64,000 bases of DNA from Mobula hypostoma (Eukaryota): NCBI RefSeq assembly GCF_963921235.1, contig NC_086097.1, forward strand, positions 250,916,001-250,980,000. Reading direction: 5' to 3'. Shown here piece by piece: positions 39,677 to 51,278 of this stretch. Every line of letters starts with the position of its first letter. Position 1 is the first letter of the stretch. Below the pieces are notes generated by a model that saw only the letters and a program-made list of their open reading frames with translations, was not told the DNA's origin and did no database searches. The position numbers were made by a program, and so were the translations under genes.

Positions 39677-40440
39677 CTGTCGGTAAATTGAGAACTAGAC
39701 ATTTCACCATTATCTTCAATTTTTTACAAAATTATTCCAGTGCTTATACATATAATAACATTATACACTAAAACAGTAAAGTATTTTTACTGTAATGAAT
39801 AATAATTTTTGTAACACCATAAGACCATATTATATAAAAGCTGAAGTGGGCCATTCAGCCCATCCAGTCTGCTCCACCATTCCATCATGGCTGACTTATC
39901 ATCCCTTTCAACTCAATTCTTCTGCCTTCTCCCCCAAACCTTTGACATCCTGACTAATCAAGAATCTGTCTAACTCCATTTTAAATACTCTCAATGATTT
40001 GGACTCCACAGTTGTCTGTGGCAATGAATTCCACAGATTCACCACTTTCGGGCTAAAAAGAGTCCTGCTCATCTCTGATCTAAAGGAACATCCTTCTATT
40101 CTGATGCAGTGCCCTCTGGTCCGAGACTCCCCCGCTATAGGAAACATCCTCTCGATGTCCACTCTGTCTAGGCCTTTCAATGTTCGATAGGTTTCTATGA
40201 GATTCTCTCCTCGTTCTTCTGAATTCCAGCAAGCACAGGCCCAGAGACATCAAACACTTCTATACATTAACCATTTCATTCCTGGGATCATTCTCATGAA
40301 CCTCCTGTGGACCCTGACAACACTATCAACCTCTGCTTTAAATATATCCGAGAGCAAAGAGGCCTGCCCTGGGGATAGAGAACTGTATTCGTCCACGAGT
40401 GGGTGGGAGGGAGGAACCAGGTTTGTTTTTTTATTCCTCC

Positions 40441-41574
40441 ACTATCAGCTCTGTTCTCAGACGCATCTCCCCCATTTCACTCACATCTGCTCTCACTCCA
40501 TCCTCCAGCCACCCCACTAGGAATAGGGTTCCCCTGGTCCTCACCTACCACCCCACCAGCCTCCGGGTCCAACATATTATTCTCCGTAACTTCCGCCACC
40601 TCCAACGGGATCCCACCACTAAGCACATCTTTCCCTCCCCCCGCTTCTGCTTTCCGCAGGGATCGCTCCCTACGCGACTCCCTTGTCCATTCGTCGTCCC
40701 CCCCATCCCTCCCCACTGATCTCCCTCCTGGCATTTATCCGTTTAAGCGGAACAAGTGCTACACATGCCCTTACACTTCCTCCCTTACCACCATTCAGGG
40801 CCCCAGACAGTCCTTCCAGGTGAGGCGACACTTCACCTGTGAGTCGGCTGGGGTGATATACTAAGTCCGGTGCTCCCGATGCGACCTTTTATATATTGGC
40901 GAGACCCGACGCAGACTGGGAGACCGCTTTGCTGAACACCTATGCTCTGTCCGCCAGAGAAAGCAGGATCACCCAGTGGCCACACATTTTAATTCCACAT
41001 CCCATTCCCATTCTGATATGTCTATCCATGGTCTCCTCTACTGTAAAGATGAAGCCACACTCAGGTTGGAGGAACAACACCTTACATTCCATCTGGGTAG
41101 CCTCCAATCTGATGGCATGAACATCGACTTCTCTAACTTCCGCTAATGCCCCACCTCCCCCTCGTACCCCATCCGTTATTTATTTTTATACACACATTCT
41201 TTCTCTCTCTCTCCTTTTTCTCCCTCTGTCCCTCTGAATATACCCCTTGCCCATCCTCTGGTTCCCCCCCCCCCCTTGTCTTTCTCCCCGGACCTCCTGA
41301 CCCATGATCCTCTCATATCCCTTTTGCCAATCATTTGTCCAGCTCTTGGCTCCATCCCTCCCCCTCCTGTCTTCTCCTATCATTTTGGATCTCCCCCTCC
41401 CCCTCCCACTTTCAAATCTCTTACTAGCTCTTCCTTCAGTTAGTCCTGACGAAGGGTCTCGGCCCGAAACGTCAACTGCACCTCTTCCTAGAGATGCTGC
41501 CTGGCCTGCTGCGTTCACCAGCAACTTTGATGTATGTTGCTTGAATTTCCAGCATCTGCAGAATTCCTGTTGTT
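40441..41574 (+). mobile_element. Young Penelope-like retroelement 3' ~1.1 kb (GIY-YIG + hammerhead repeat)
   Basis: RVPLVLTYHP..IILRNFRHLQ; CESAGVIY..YIGET; inverted near-identical partner of 38342-39375. Confidence 0.9.
41441..41478 (+). ncRNA. Minimal hammerhead motif (core intact, first stem I pair mismatched)
   Basis: TAGTC CTGACGA AGGGTCTCGGCCC GAAA CG TC AACTG. Confidence 0.7.
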
Positions 41575-42387
41575 TTTGTTTTTTTATTGTTGCTTTGTCA
41601 CTTGCTGTTTTCTGTTTTGTTGTGTTGTGTTCTGTGTTGCTCTGCTGTGCTTGTGGGCATGATATTTCGGTGCCAGAACATGGAGCAACACTTGCAGACT
41701 GCCCTCAGTACATCCTTGGGTTATTAAAGGTTATGCGCAAGGCAGGTAGATGGAGATAAGTCCATGACCAGGTCAGCCATGATCTTATTGAATGGCGGGG
41801 CAGGCTCAATGGGCCAGATGGCTGACTCCTGCTCCTATTTCTTATGTTCTTACGTTGGTTGTTTATGCAAACGGCACGTTTCACTGTATGTTTTGATGTA
41901 CATGAGAAAAACAAATCTGAATCTGAATGCTGCCTGAGAGACAAAATTGTTAAGATAAATGTAATGAGGCAAATCAAATCAACTTGATTTACTAAGATGT
42001 TGCCTGGATTAGAGAGCATCTCTTTTGAGGAAAGGTTGAGCAAGCTGGGGCTTTTCTCTTTCGAGAATGAGAGGTGACTTGATAGAGGTGTACAAAATCA
42101 AGTGGACAGCCAGAGACCTTTTCCCAGGGCAGAGCTGGCTAATATGAGGGGGGCATAATTTTAAGGTGTTTGGAGGAAAGCATAGGGGCAGATGCCAGAG
42201 GTAGGTTTTTTTTTATACAGAAAGTGGTGGGTGCGCAGAATTTGCACTTCAGAATCAGAATTAGGTTTAGTATCATCAGCATGTCATGAAATTTCTTGTC
42301 TTTCCAGCAGCAGTACAATGCAATACATAATAATTGAAAAAAACATGAATTACAGTAAATGTGTGTGTGTGTGTGTGTGGGGGGGGG

Positions 42388-42652
42388 GTGCACGTGGCCA
42401 AGTGGTTAAGGCATTGGACTAGCAACCTGAGGGAACGTGTTGTGTCCTTGAGCAAGGCACTTAACCACACATTGCTCTGCGACGACACTGGTGCCAAACT
42501 GTATGGGTCCTAGTGCCCTTCCCTTGGCGAGGGGAGACTTGCAGCAGGGGCCATTGCTGGTCTTCCATGCAACCTTGCCCAGGCCTGTGCCCTGGAGAGT
42601 GAAGACTTTCCAGGCGCAAATCCATGGTCTCACAAGACTAACGGATGCCTTA
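42388..42652 (+). mobile_element. tRNA-head SINE with RTE-type tail
   Basis: A-box TGGCCAAGTGG, GTGTCCTTGAGCAAGGCACTTAACC core, tail CCATGGTCTCACAAGACTAACGGATGCC. Confidence 0.7.
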
Positions 42653-44429
42653 TATATATAAAATAGTTAAATTAAGTAAGTATAAAAATAATAAGGAAAA
42701 CTGAAGGCAAAGGGGAACAAGCTGTTCCTGAATTACTGAGCATGTGCCTTCAGGCTATTGTACCTTCCTGACGGCAGCAATGAGAACAAGGCATGACCTG
42801 GCTGATGGGGGTCCTTAATGATGTATGCCAACTGCTTGAGGCATCGCCCTTTGACCATGTCCTGGATACGATGAAGGCTAGTGCCCATGATGGAGCTGAC
42901 TAAGCTTATAACACTCTGCAGCTTACTTTGATCCCGTGCAGTAGCCCGCTCCTCCCATATCAGACAATGATGCAGCCTGTTAGGATGCTCTCCACAGTAA
43001 ATCTGTAGAAATGTATGAGTGTCTTTGGTGACATACCAAATCTCCTCAAACTCCTAATGAAACATAGCTGCTGTCGTGATTTCTTTGTTGCTGCTTCGAT
43101 ACCTTGGGCCCAGGACAGATCCTCAGAGACATTGACACCCAGGAACTTGAAATTGCTCACTCTTTCCACCTGACCCCTCTATGAGGATTGGTGTGTGCTC
43201 CCTCAACTTACCCTTTCTGTTTTCTCATCACTGCGTGAGTTTCTTGCAGGCATTCTATTTTCCTCCCACTTCCCAGAGACATGGCGATTGGCAGGATGAC
43301 GGGCCACTGCCAAACGTCTTCCGAGCCAGACAAGTGGAAGAGTCTGGGGAATGTGTGGAGATTAAAATGAGATTCATGTAGTGAAAGTGGAATTTTGATT
43401 GTTTCAGTGAGCGGAAAGCCCTGCCATTAGATCTACTGTTTATAGGAGTAGATCATCATGGGCACTCGCCTCCCCAGCACTGAGGACATCTAAAAAAGGC
43501 GATGCCTCAAGAAGGCGGTATCCATCATTAAGGATCTTCACCATCCAGGATGTGCCCTCTTCTCATCAGGGAGGAAGTACAGGAGCCTGAAGGCACCCGC
43601 TCAGCAGCAGGCTGAGTGGTGTCACGACGACCTTGCACTCAATGTCAGTAAGACCAAGGAATTGATTGTGGACTTCAGGAAGAGAATGTCAAGGTAAAAC
43701 ACACCAGCCCTCGTCGAGGGATTAGCATTGGAGAGGGTGAGCAGGTTCAATTTCCTGAGTGTCAGCATCTCTGAAGACCTATCATGGGCTCGACATATTG
43801 ATGCAATTACGAAGAGAGCACGCTAACGGCAACATTTCATTAGGAATTTGAGGAGATTTGGTATGTCACCGATGACTAGCAAATCTTTACAGATTTAGCA
43901 TGCAGGGCATTCTAACTGGCGGCATCACCGTCTGGCATGGAGGGGCTACTGCATAAGATTGGAAAAAGCTGCAGGGAGTTGTAAATTCACCAGCTCCATC
44001 ATGGATACTAGCCCTCCCACATTCAAGGACACCTTCAAAAGGCAATCCCTCAGAAGGCAGCATCCATCATTACGGATCCCCATCACCCAGAACATGCCCT
44101 CTTCTCATTGCTACCATCAGAGGGGAAGTATAAAGCATGAAGATACACTCTAATTTTTCCGTCAGCTTCAATAAACCCATGAACACTCCCTCCCTTTTGG
44201 CTCTCTTTTTGCACTATTCATTTTTTTATATTTCTCATTGTAACTTACAGTAATATGTTATGCATTACACTGTACTGCAGCCACAAGTCATCAAATTTCA
44301 CGACATATGTCAACAATTCTGGTTCTGAGTTTATGGATTCAGCAGTTAATCACAATACTGGTACTAGTTAACATTGTCATAGTTAAGTCAGCAACTGCAA
44401 AGTTGCAAATCATCAGTTAAGATGCTTAC

Positions 44430-44723
44430 TTGGTGCACTTGGATCATGCCTAGGCTTACAGTCCATTAAGGGTTTTTTAAGGCCTTCTGTTTGGCTCAGT
44501 CCAGCAGCATTCCTCAGTGGGCAAGTAAACTGTTTAAGCAAAGGCTGTTGCAAGGTGGGTGGCCGTGACAAGTCTGAAGAAGCAGCAGCTGTATTGTGGA
44601 AGCAGCGACCACTCATAAAGTCCTCTGTTGAAATCGTTCCCATAATCTCTATCTCCTTCCCACCAATCATTAACGTCTGGCCTTCAGAAAGGGATGCAAG
44701 TTCTTTTAATTTATATCCTGTTC
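44430..44723 (-). CDS. RAD54B: RAD54B coding exon (exon 5)
   Basis: ctttcag|GA ... CCAA|gtaagc; 294 nt; GTGYKLKELASLSEGQTLMIGGKEIEIMG...CKPRHDPSAP. Confidence 0.93.
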
Positions 44724-45274
44724 CTGAAAGACAAAGAAAGAACATAGAACTCCAATTTATTTGTACTCATTTGGAAACATTGCTGTGTAATCACCCATTA
44801 AAGTCAAAGGCTTTCAAAGTACGTTTATTATCAAAGTATATATGTAGTATACAATTTAGGGGGGAAAATATTTATAAAATGTTTATACTATTAGCCTAAA
44901 ATTAGTCGCTTTGGGCAGATGGACTTCGTCAACATGGTTGGCAGCTCATCTCAGAGAAGGAAAACTCTGATCTCAAACTTCCACTGCCTTGCAGCAATAC
45001 CCACTCATGACGAAGGCTTTGGAAGTAAACCCCAAGCGAAATATCCGGAGCGGGGTACCCTCAGGCAGTCCTATGTTGAATTCATCGCTGACTGGCAACT
45101 CCTGCTAGGCTGCTGTTGCCAAACTGTATCGGTCTCAGCCATCTTTTGGGTTCATCAGCTGCATGGAGAGGGGGAGCCTGTTACATGGACAACAGCTTGC
45201 TCTCCGTATCATACTACCCTGGTTTGTGTATCTGGACAGCTAAGACACAACATCCACGGCTGACACTGACCAAT

Positions 45275-45890
45275 GGAGAATATAAGGGCAAGAATGTAAT
45301 GCTCAGGCTTTATAAGGTATTGGCCAGTGCGCACTTGGAGTATTGTAAACAGTTTTGGGCCCCTTACCTAAGAAAAGATGTGCTAGTGCTGGTGAGTGTC
45401 CAGTGGAGATTCACGAGAAAGATTCCAGTAATGAACCGGTCAATGTATGAGGAGTGTTTGATGGCTCTGGGCCTGTATACACTGGAGTTTAGAAGAATGG
45501 GGGGGATTGCATTGAAAAGTACTGAATACTGAGAAGCTGAGATGGTGTGGAAGTGGAGAGGATGTTTCCTATGGTGGGAGAGTCTAGGATCAAAGGACAT
45601 AGTCCCAGTATAGAGGGACATCCATTTAGAACAGAGATGAGGAGGAATTTCTTCTGCCACAGGGTGGTGAATTTGTCGAATTCATTGCCACAGACAGCTT
45701 TAGAGGCCACGTCATTGAATATATCTAATGTGGAAGTTGATATGTTCTTGATTGGTCAGGGCATCATAGGTTACGGGGGGAAGGCAGAAGAATAGGGTTG
45801 AGACGGATAATAAATCAGCCTTGATGGAATGACAGAGAACACTCGATGGGACGAAAGGCCTAATTCTGCCCGCGTGTCTTATGGTCTCAT
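45275..45890 (+). mobile_element. CR1 3' fragment
   Basis: VMLRLYKVL..LEYCKQFWAPY; GESRIKGH. Confidence 0.8.
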
Positions 45891-46359
45891 ATTTTCATAC
45901 AACAAAGGACTCTCTGTGGAGGTCGTTCTCTTGTAATTCAGGTCCCTCGAAAGATTTCCTCCAAGTGTATCTATTGAGTGCAACGTCATACTGGTTATTA
46001 AATATAATGTTGACTTTTTTCAAGCTGATTTTGATGTTGTCTTTGAAGTGTTTCCTTTGCTGCCCAGAGAATAAGCAGCAGCTGCGAAAGGAGAGACTGA
46101 GCAACCAACAGACCCAACCACTAACCACAGCCATCACTTTCTAGAATAACTGGATCCCAGATAAGCCTCCACAGCCACCTGAACACCCACCAGTAGACAA
46201 CCCATAGAAGAACATCACACTCGACTAGAGTGATCGCACTATTTCTACAAAGGACTGTGCACACTTAAACTTTGGAAGCAAAGATTCTTGATTATGTACA
46301 ATGGGAAAGTAAATAAACAATAAAAATGAAAAAAATATGGGAAACAGAGAAAAGGTCAA

Positions 46360-46940
46360 ACAATGTGGCAGCTCTATAAAATCCTGGTTGAAGCACACTT
46401 GCAATTTTGTGTTCAGCTCTGGCCTCATTATAGGAAGGATGTGGAAGCTTTAGAAAGGGTGCAGAAGAGATTTACCAGAATGCTGCCTGGATTAGAGAGC
46501 ATGTCTTGTGATGACAGGTTGAGCGAGCTAGGGATTTTCTCTTTGGATCGAAGGAAAATGAGAGGTGACTTGAAAGAGGTGTACAAGAGGAATAGATAGA
46601 GTGGACAGCCAGAGACATTTTCCCAGGGCAGAAATGGCTAATACAAGAGGGAATAATTTTAAAGTGATTGAAAGAAGTAACGGGGGGTGGGGGCTATAGT
46701 GTCACAGGTAAGTTTTTTACAGACAGCAAGGACTGCATAGAACTCCCTGCCAGGGAAGGTGGTAGTTAGGTACATTAGGGGCAATTAAGAGACTCTTAGA
46801 TAGGCGTATGGATGATGTAAAAATGGAGGGCTATGTAGAAGGGAAGTGTTAGATTGATCTTAGTGTAGGTTAAAAGGTCAGTACAACATCGTGGGCTGAA
46901 GGGCCTGTAATGTGCTATAATTTTCTACGTTCTATGCTCT
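46360..46940 (+). mobile_element. CR1 3' fragment
   Basis: RKDVEALERVQKRFTRMLPGL. Confidence 0.8.
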
Positions 46941-47029
46941 AAAAGAAACAGACTTATTTACTATAATTTCTGCCCCCAAAATTTAGAATTTCTTACCATT
47001 CCTTTAATTACAACATAGAAGCTTTTCTG

Positions 47030-47547
47030 CCGTAATGAGGCCACATTCAGGTTGGAGGAGCAACACCTTATATTCCATCTGGGTAGCCTCCAACCTGATG
47101 GCATGAACATTGATTTCTCAAACTTCCACTAATGCCCCCACTTTACCATTCTCCATTCCCATTTCCCTCTCTCACTTTATCTCCTTACCTGCCCATTGGT
47201 GCTCCTCCCTTTTCGCTTTCTTCCATGGCCTTCTGTCCTCTCCTATCAGATTCCCCCTTCTCCAGCCCTTTATCTTTCACCAATCAACTTCCCAGCTCTT
47301 CACTTCACCCCTCCCCCTCTCCCAGTTTCACCTATCACCTACCACCTTGCATTTCTTCCTCCCGTCCCACCCCCCACCTTCTTACTCTGACTTTTCATCT
47401 TTTCTCTCCGGTCCTGATGAAGGGTCTCGGCCAGAAACATCAATCGTTTACTCTTTTCCATAGGTGCTGCCTGACCTGCTGAGTTCCTCCAGCATTTTGT
47501 GTGTGCTTCTCTGGATTTCCAGCCCCTGCAGATTTTCTCTTGTTTGT
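47030..47547 (+). mobile_element. Penelope-like 3' fragment with hammerhead motif at 47409-47446
   Basis: LEEQHLIFHLGSLQPDGMNIDF; CGGTC CTGATGA AGGGTCTCGGCCA GAAA CA TC AATCG. Confidence 0.8.
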
Positions 47548-47762
47548 GAAACATGTTGTTTGCGTCAACGAACAGCACAGTCCGAGGATCTGCTGTGAGC
47601 AGCTCACAAGTGCTCAGCACCAACATAGCTTGTCCACAACTTACTGACCCTAACTGCACAGCTTTGGAATATGGGAGGAAGCTGGAGCACCCAGAGCAAA
47701 GCCCAATGGTCATGGAGAGAACAGAGAGGCTGTTAAATAAACTATAACATAATAGTGCTAAC

Positions 47763-48032
47763 CTCTTCCAATGTCTTTGCCTTCTATGTCCTTCAGAAGC
47801 ACAGACGTCTTCCGAACAATCAAAACTGCATCTCCCTCCCACTTCTTGTGTTTCTTCTTTGACGCCTTACACCACAGGACGCTGTAGTATGCAACAAACG
47901 TGTCAGGGGCATTCTCTCCTGTGTCCTTTGCCACACTTGATGGCTGACATGACATCAGTGGCGTTGGTCTCTCGATTTGTTTTCTCGTTCCAAATGGTTG
48001 TTTTGGCTTTAACTGTTTCTGGGCGGAAACAT
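47763..48032 (-). CDS. RAD54B: RAD54B coding exon (human-equivalent exon 4)
   Basis: Acceptor ttttccgcag|AT, donor AGAG|gttagc; 270 nt; encodes ...YYSVLWCKASKKKHKKWEGDAVLIVRKTSVLLKDIEGKDIGRG. The 5' boundary is less certain because the upstream exon is not in the window. Confidence 0.88.
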
Positions 48033-49464
48033 CTGCGGAAAAGCACAATATGTTTAAATTACACCTGCGAAAAGTAATTCAAATCGGAAACACCACATCA
48101 GCTATGGGAATACAGGGAGAACTGACATTACCAAGACGCCCTACAAACATGGTGGGCACAGTATACTGGCAGCAGAATGTGTGGTGACACGAGGGCTGCT
48201 CCCAGTACGAGGTTCCTAGAGGTTGTCATAGCCAGGAAAGGAGGGGTGGGAGGTGGTAGTGCGGATAAGCTCCCACTACCCGGTAAATACTCCCTCTGGC
48301 ATACATCACAAATAGCCTCTGACAACCAAGTCTAGTTGCTCTCCTTCACTTGTAACTTTGTTACTAAGTCTGGTAGAACTGCTACTACGGACAGAAGGCA
48401 CAAAGGTGAGTTACTAGCACCTTAAAACCAGTCACTTCAGTGGAGCTCATCAGCGATGGTTGGCAGCTCAGGTAGGAGAAGAAAAACTCTGATCTCAAAC
48501 CTCCACTGCCTTGTGGCTCTACCCATTCATGGGGAAGGCTTTGGGAGTAAACCCCAAAGGAAAAAGCCAGACCTGGAGTCCCTAAGGCAGTCCTACATTG
48601 AGTTCAACGCCAATTGGCAAATCCTGCAACACGGCTGGTGCCAAACTGTATCGGTCTCTGCCGTTACTTTGGATTCATCAGCTGCGTGAAGAGGAGGAGC
48701 CTGCTGCATGGGCAACAGCTTACTCTCCATATTGTACTGCCCTGGCCTGCGTATCATGTGGGCAGCTGGGACACAACATCCATGGTCAAACCCAGCTAAC
48801 AGATGGCCTTAACAGGTGATAAATAAATGAATCACCTTGTACATAACATAGTCAACATGTTTCATAATCTGAAGAGTGAATACAGTCTGTGAATTCTGAA
48901 CCATTGGAAGTAAAGTTAATGATTCATTTAAGCCGTCATTCTATATAGGTCTAGGATCAGAGGGCACGGCCTTAGAATTAAGGGACATCCTTTCAGAACA
49001 GACATGAGGAGGAATTTCTTTAACCTGAGAATGGTGATTCTGTGGAATTCATTGTCACAGGTGGCTGTGTAGAACAAGTCACTGGGTATGTTTAAGGCAG
49101 ACGTTGATAGATGCAACCTCCAAAGGTTAGTGGGGTGGTAGATTGATTGATATATCTACCATCCCACCAGCCTCCATGTCCAGCACATAATCCTCTGAAA
49201 CTTCCTCCATCTCCAATGGGACCCCACCACCAAGCACATCTTTCCCTCACCCTCACTTTCCGCTTTCCACAGGAATCGATCTCTATGCAATTCCCTTGTC
49301 CACTCATACCTCCCCACTGATCTCCCTCCTGGTACTTAGCCTTGCAAGCAGAACAAGTGCCATACCTGCCCCTACACCTCCTCCCTCACCACCATTCAGG
49401 GGCCCAAACAGTCCTTGCAGACAAGGCAACACTTCACCTGTGAGTCTGTTGGGGTCATCTACTG

Positions 49465-51278
49465 CATTGTTCCCCATCCACCGGGCCGCAAAGCATGTGC
49501 TACCGGGCCGCAAGGAAACAATATGATTTGGCAATATGAAACGATATGAGTCAGCTGCACCTTTCCTCATTTCCTGTCACGCCCACTGTTGGAACTTGAA
49601 CGCATGCGAGGTCATTACATAAGGAACCCCTTTTGAGTATCGCTGTCTCCCATCACCCCTCGATAGGACCGTCTTGTTGCAGGGAAACAAGTCCAGGGCT
49701 CCCACTGATTCAGTGATATTGGTGTGTTGCAATGATTTTATATGTTCATACGGGGAAAATATGCGCTGTGTGTTTAATAGCCAAACATTACTTAAAATAT
49801 TATGATGCTATTGACTTATATAAGTGACTTATAATTGACTTATCACTATATTCATGCGAGGAAAATATGCGCAGTGTGTTTAATATTAAATTTGTTAGAT
49901 AAACCCTTTTAGAAACAAAATTGAGTGTATTAGCCACTCGAGAACCAGTGGATGTGGTATATTTGGATTTTCAAAAGGCTTTTGACAAGGTCCCACATAG
50001 GAGATTAGTGTGCAAACTTAAAGCACACGGTATTGGGGGTAAGGTATTGGTGTGGGTGGAGAATTGGTTAGCAGACAGGAAGCAAAGAGTGGGAATAAAC
50101 GGGACCTTTTCAGAATGGCAGGCGGTGACTAGTGGGGTACCGCAAGGCTCAGTGCTGGGACCCCAGTTGTTTACAATATATATTAATGACTTGGATGAGG
50201 GAATTAAATGCAGCATCTCCAAGTTTGCGGATGACACGAAGCTGGGTGGCAGTGTTAGCAGTGAGGAGGATGCTAAGAGGATGCAGGGTGACTTGGATAG
50301 GTTGGGTGAGTGGGCAAACTCATGGCAGATGCAATTTAATGTGGATAAATGTGAAGTTATCCACTTTGGTGGCAAAAATAGGAAAACAGATTATTATCTG
50401 AATGGTGGCCGATTAGGAAAAGGGGAGGTGCAACGAGACCTGGGTGTCATTATACACCAGTCATTGAAAGTGGGCATGCAGGTACAGCAGGCGGTGAAAA
50501 AGGCGAACGGTATGCTGGCATTTATAGCGAGAGGATTCGAGTACAGGAGCAGGGAGGTACTACTGCAGTTGTACAAGGCCTTGGTGAGACCACACCTGGA
50601 GTATTGTGTGCAGTTTTGGTCCCCTAATCTGAGGAAAGACATCTTTGCCATAGAGGGAGTACAAAGAAGGTTCACCAGATTGATTCCTGGGATGGCAGGT
50701 CTTTCATATGAAGAAAGACTGGATGAACTGGGCTTGTACTCGTTGGAATTTAGAAGATTGAGGGGGGATCTGATTGAAACGTATAAGATCCTAAAGGGAT
50801 TGGACAGGCTAGATGCAGGAAGATTGTTCCCGATGTTGGGGAGGTCTAGAACGAGGGGTCACAGTTTGAGGATAGAGGGGAAGCCTTTTAGGACCGAGGT
50901 TAGGAAAAACTTCTTCACACAGAGAGTGGTGAATCTGTGGAATTCTCTGCCACAGCAAACTGTTGAGGCCAGTTCATTAGCTATGTTTAAAAGGAAGTTA
51001 GATATGGCCCTTGTGGCTTCAGGGGTCAGGGGGTATGGAGGGAAGGCTGGGTTCTGAGTTGGATGATCAGCCATGATCATAATAAATGGCGGTGCAGGCT
51101 CGAAGGGCCGAATGGCCTACTCCTGCACCTATTTTCTATGTTTCTATGTTTCTATAAGTGACTTATAGTTAACTTATCACCTATATTCCGGTCGTAATTA
51201 ACACCCCCCAGTCAGCCGGTCCACAAGAATATTGTCAATATTAAACCAATCCACGGTACAAAAAAGGTTGGGGACCCT
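49465..51278. mobile_element. Non-autonomous hAT/Charlie-like DNA transposon (MITE) carrying a CR1 insertion
   Basis: Imperfect TIRs CATTGTTCCCCATCC ... GGTTGGGGACCCT; subterminal CCGGGCCGC repeats; no clean TSD seen. Confidence 0.6.
49940..51155 (+). mobile_element. Very young 5'-truncated CR1 (uninterrupted RT C-half, ~370 aa) with (TTTCTATG)n tail
   Basis: ORF 49921-51057: VYLDFQKAFDKVPH, GVPQGSVLGP, KFADD; no stops or frameshifts. Confidence 0.93.

Larger units (their letters stand above)
4775..48032 (-). other. RAD54B: RAD54B (DNA repair and recombination protein, SNF2-family translocase), partial gene span covering 8 internal coding exons; both gene ends lie outside the window
   Basis: Eight exons with canonical AG/GT ends and compatible phases (270+294+163+226+208+140+291+185=1777 nt) give one frame with [28 protein letters not shown] (Walker A), ICDEGH (Walker B), LTGTPIQNDL, LKKLCNHP and SGKL. 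Exon numbers are assigned by recalled equivalence to human. Confidence 0.96.

Noticed and set aside
42388..42460. tRNA gene
   Set aside because: A-box present but no complete cloverleaf; it continues into a SINE body.
49921..51057. 378-aa ORF as a host gene
   Set aside because: It is the RT C-half of a 5'-truncated CR1 with a microsatellite tail; the start lies in flanking MITE sequence.
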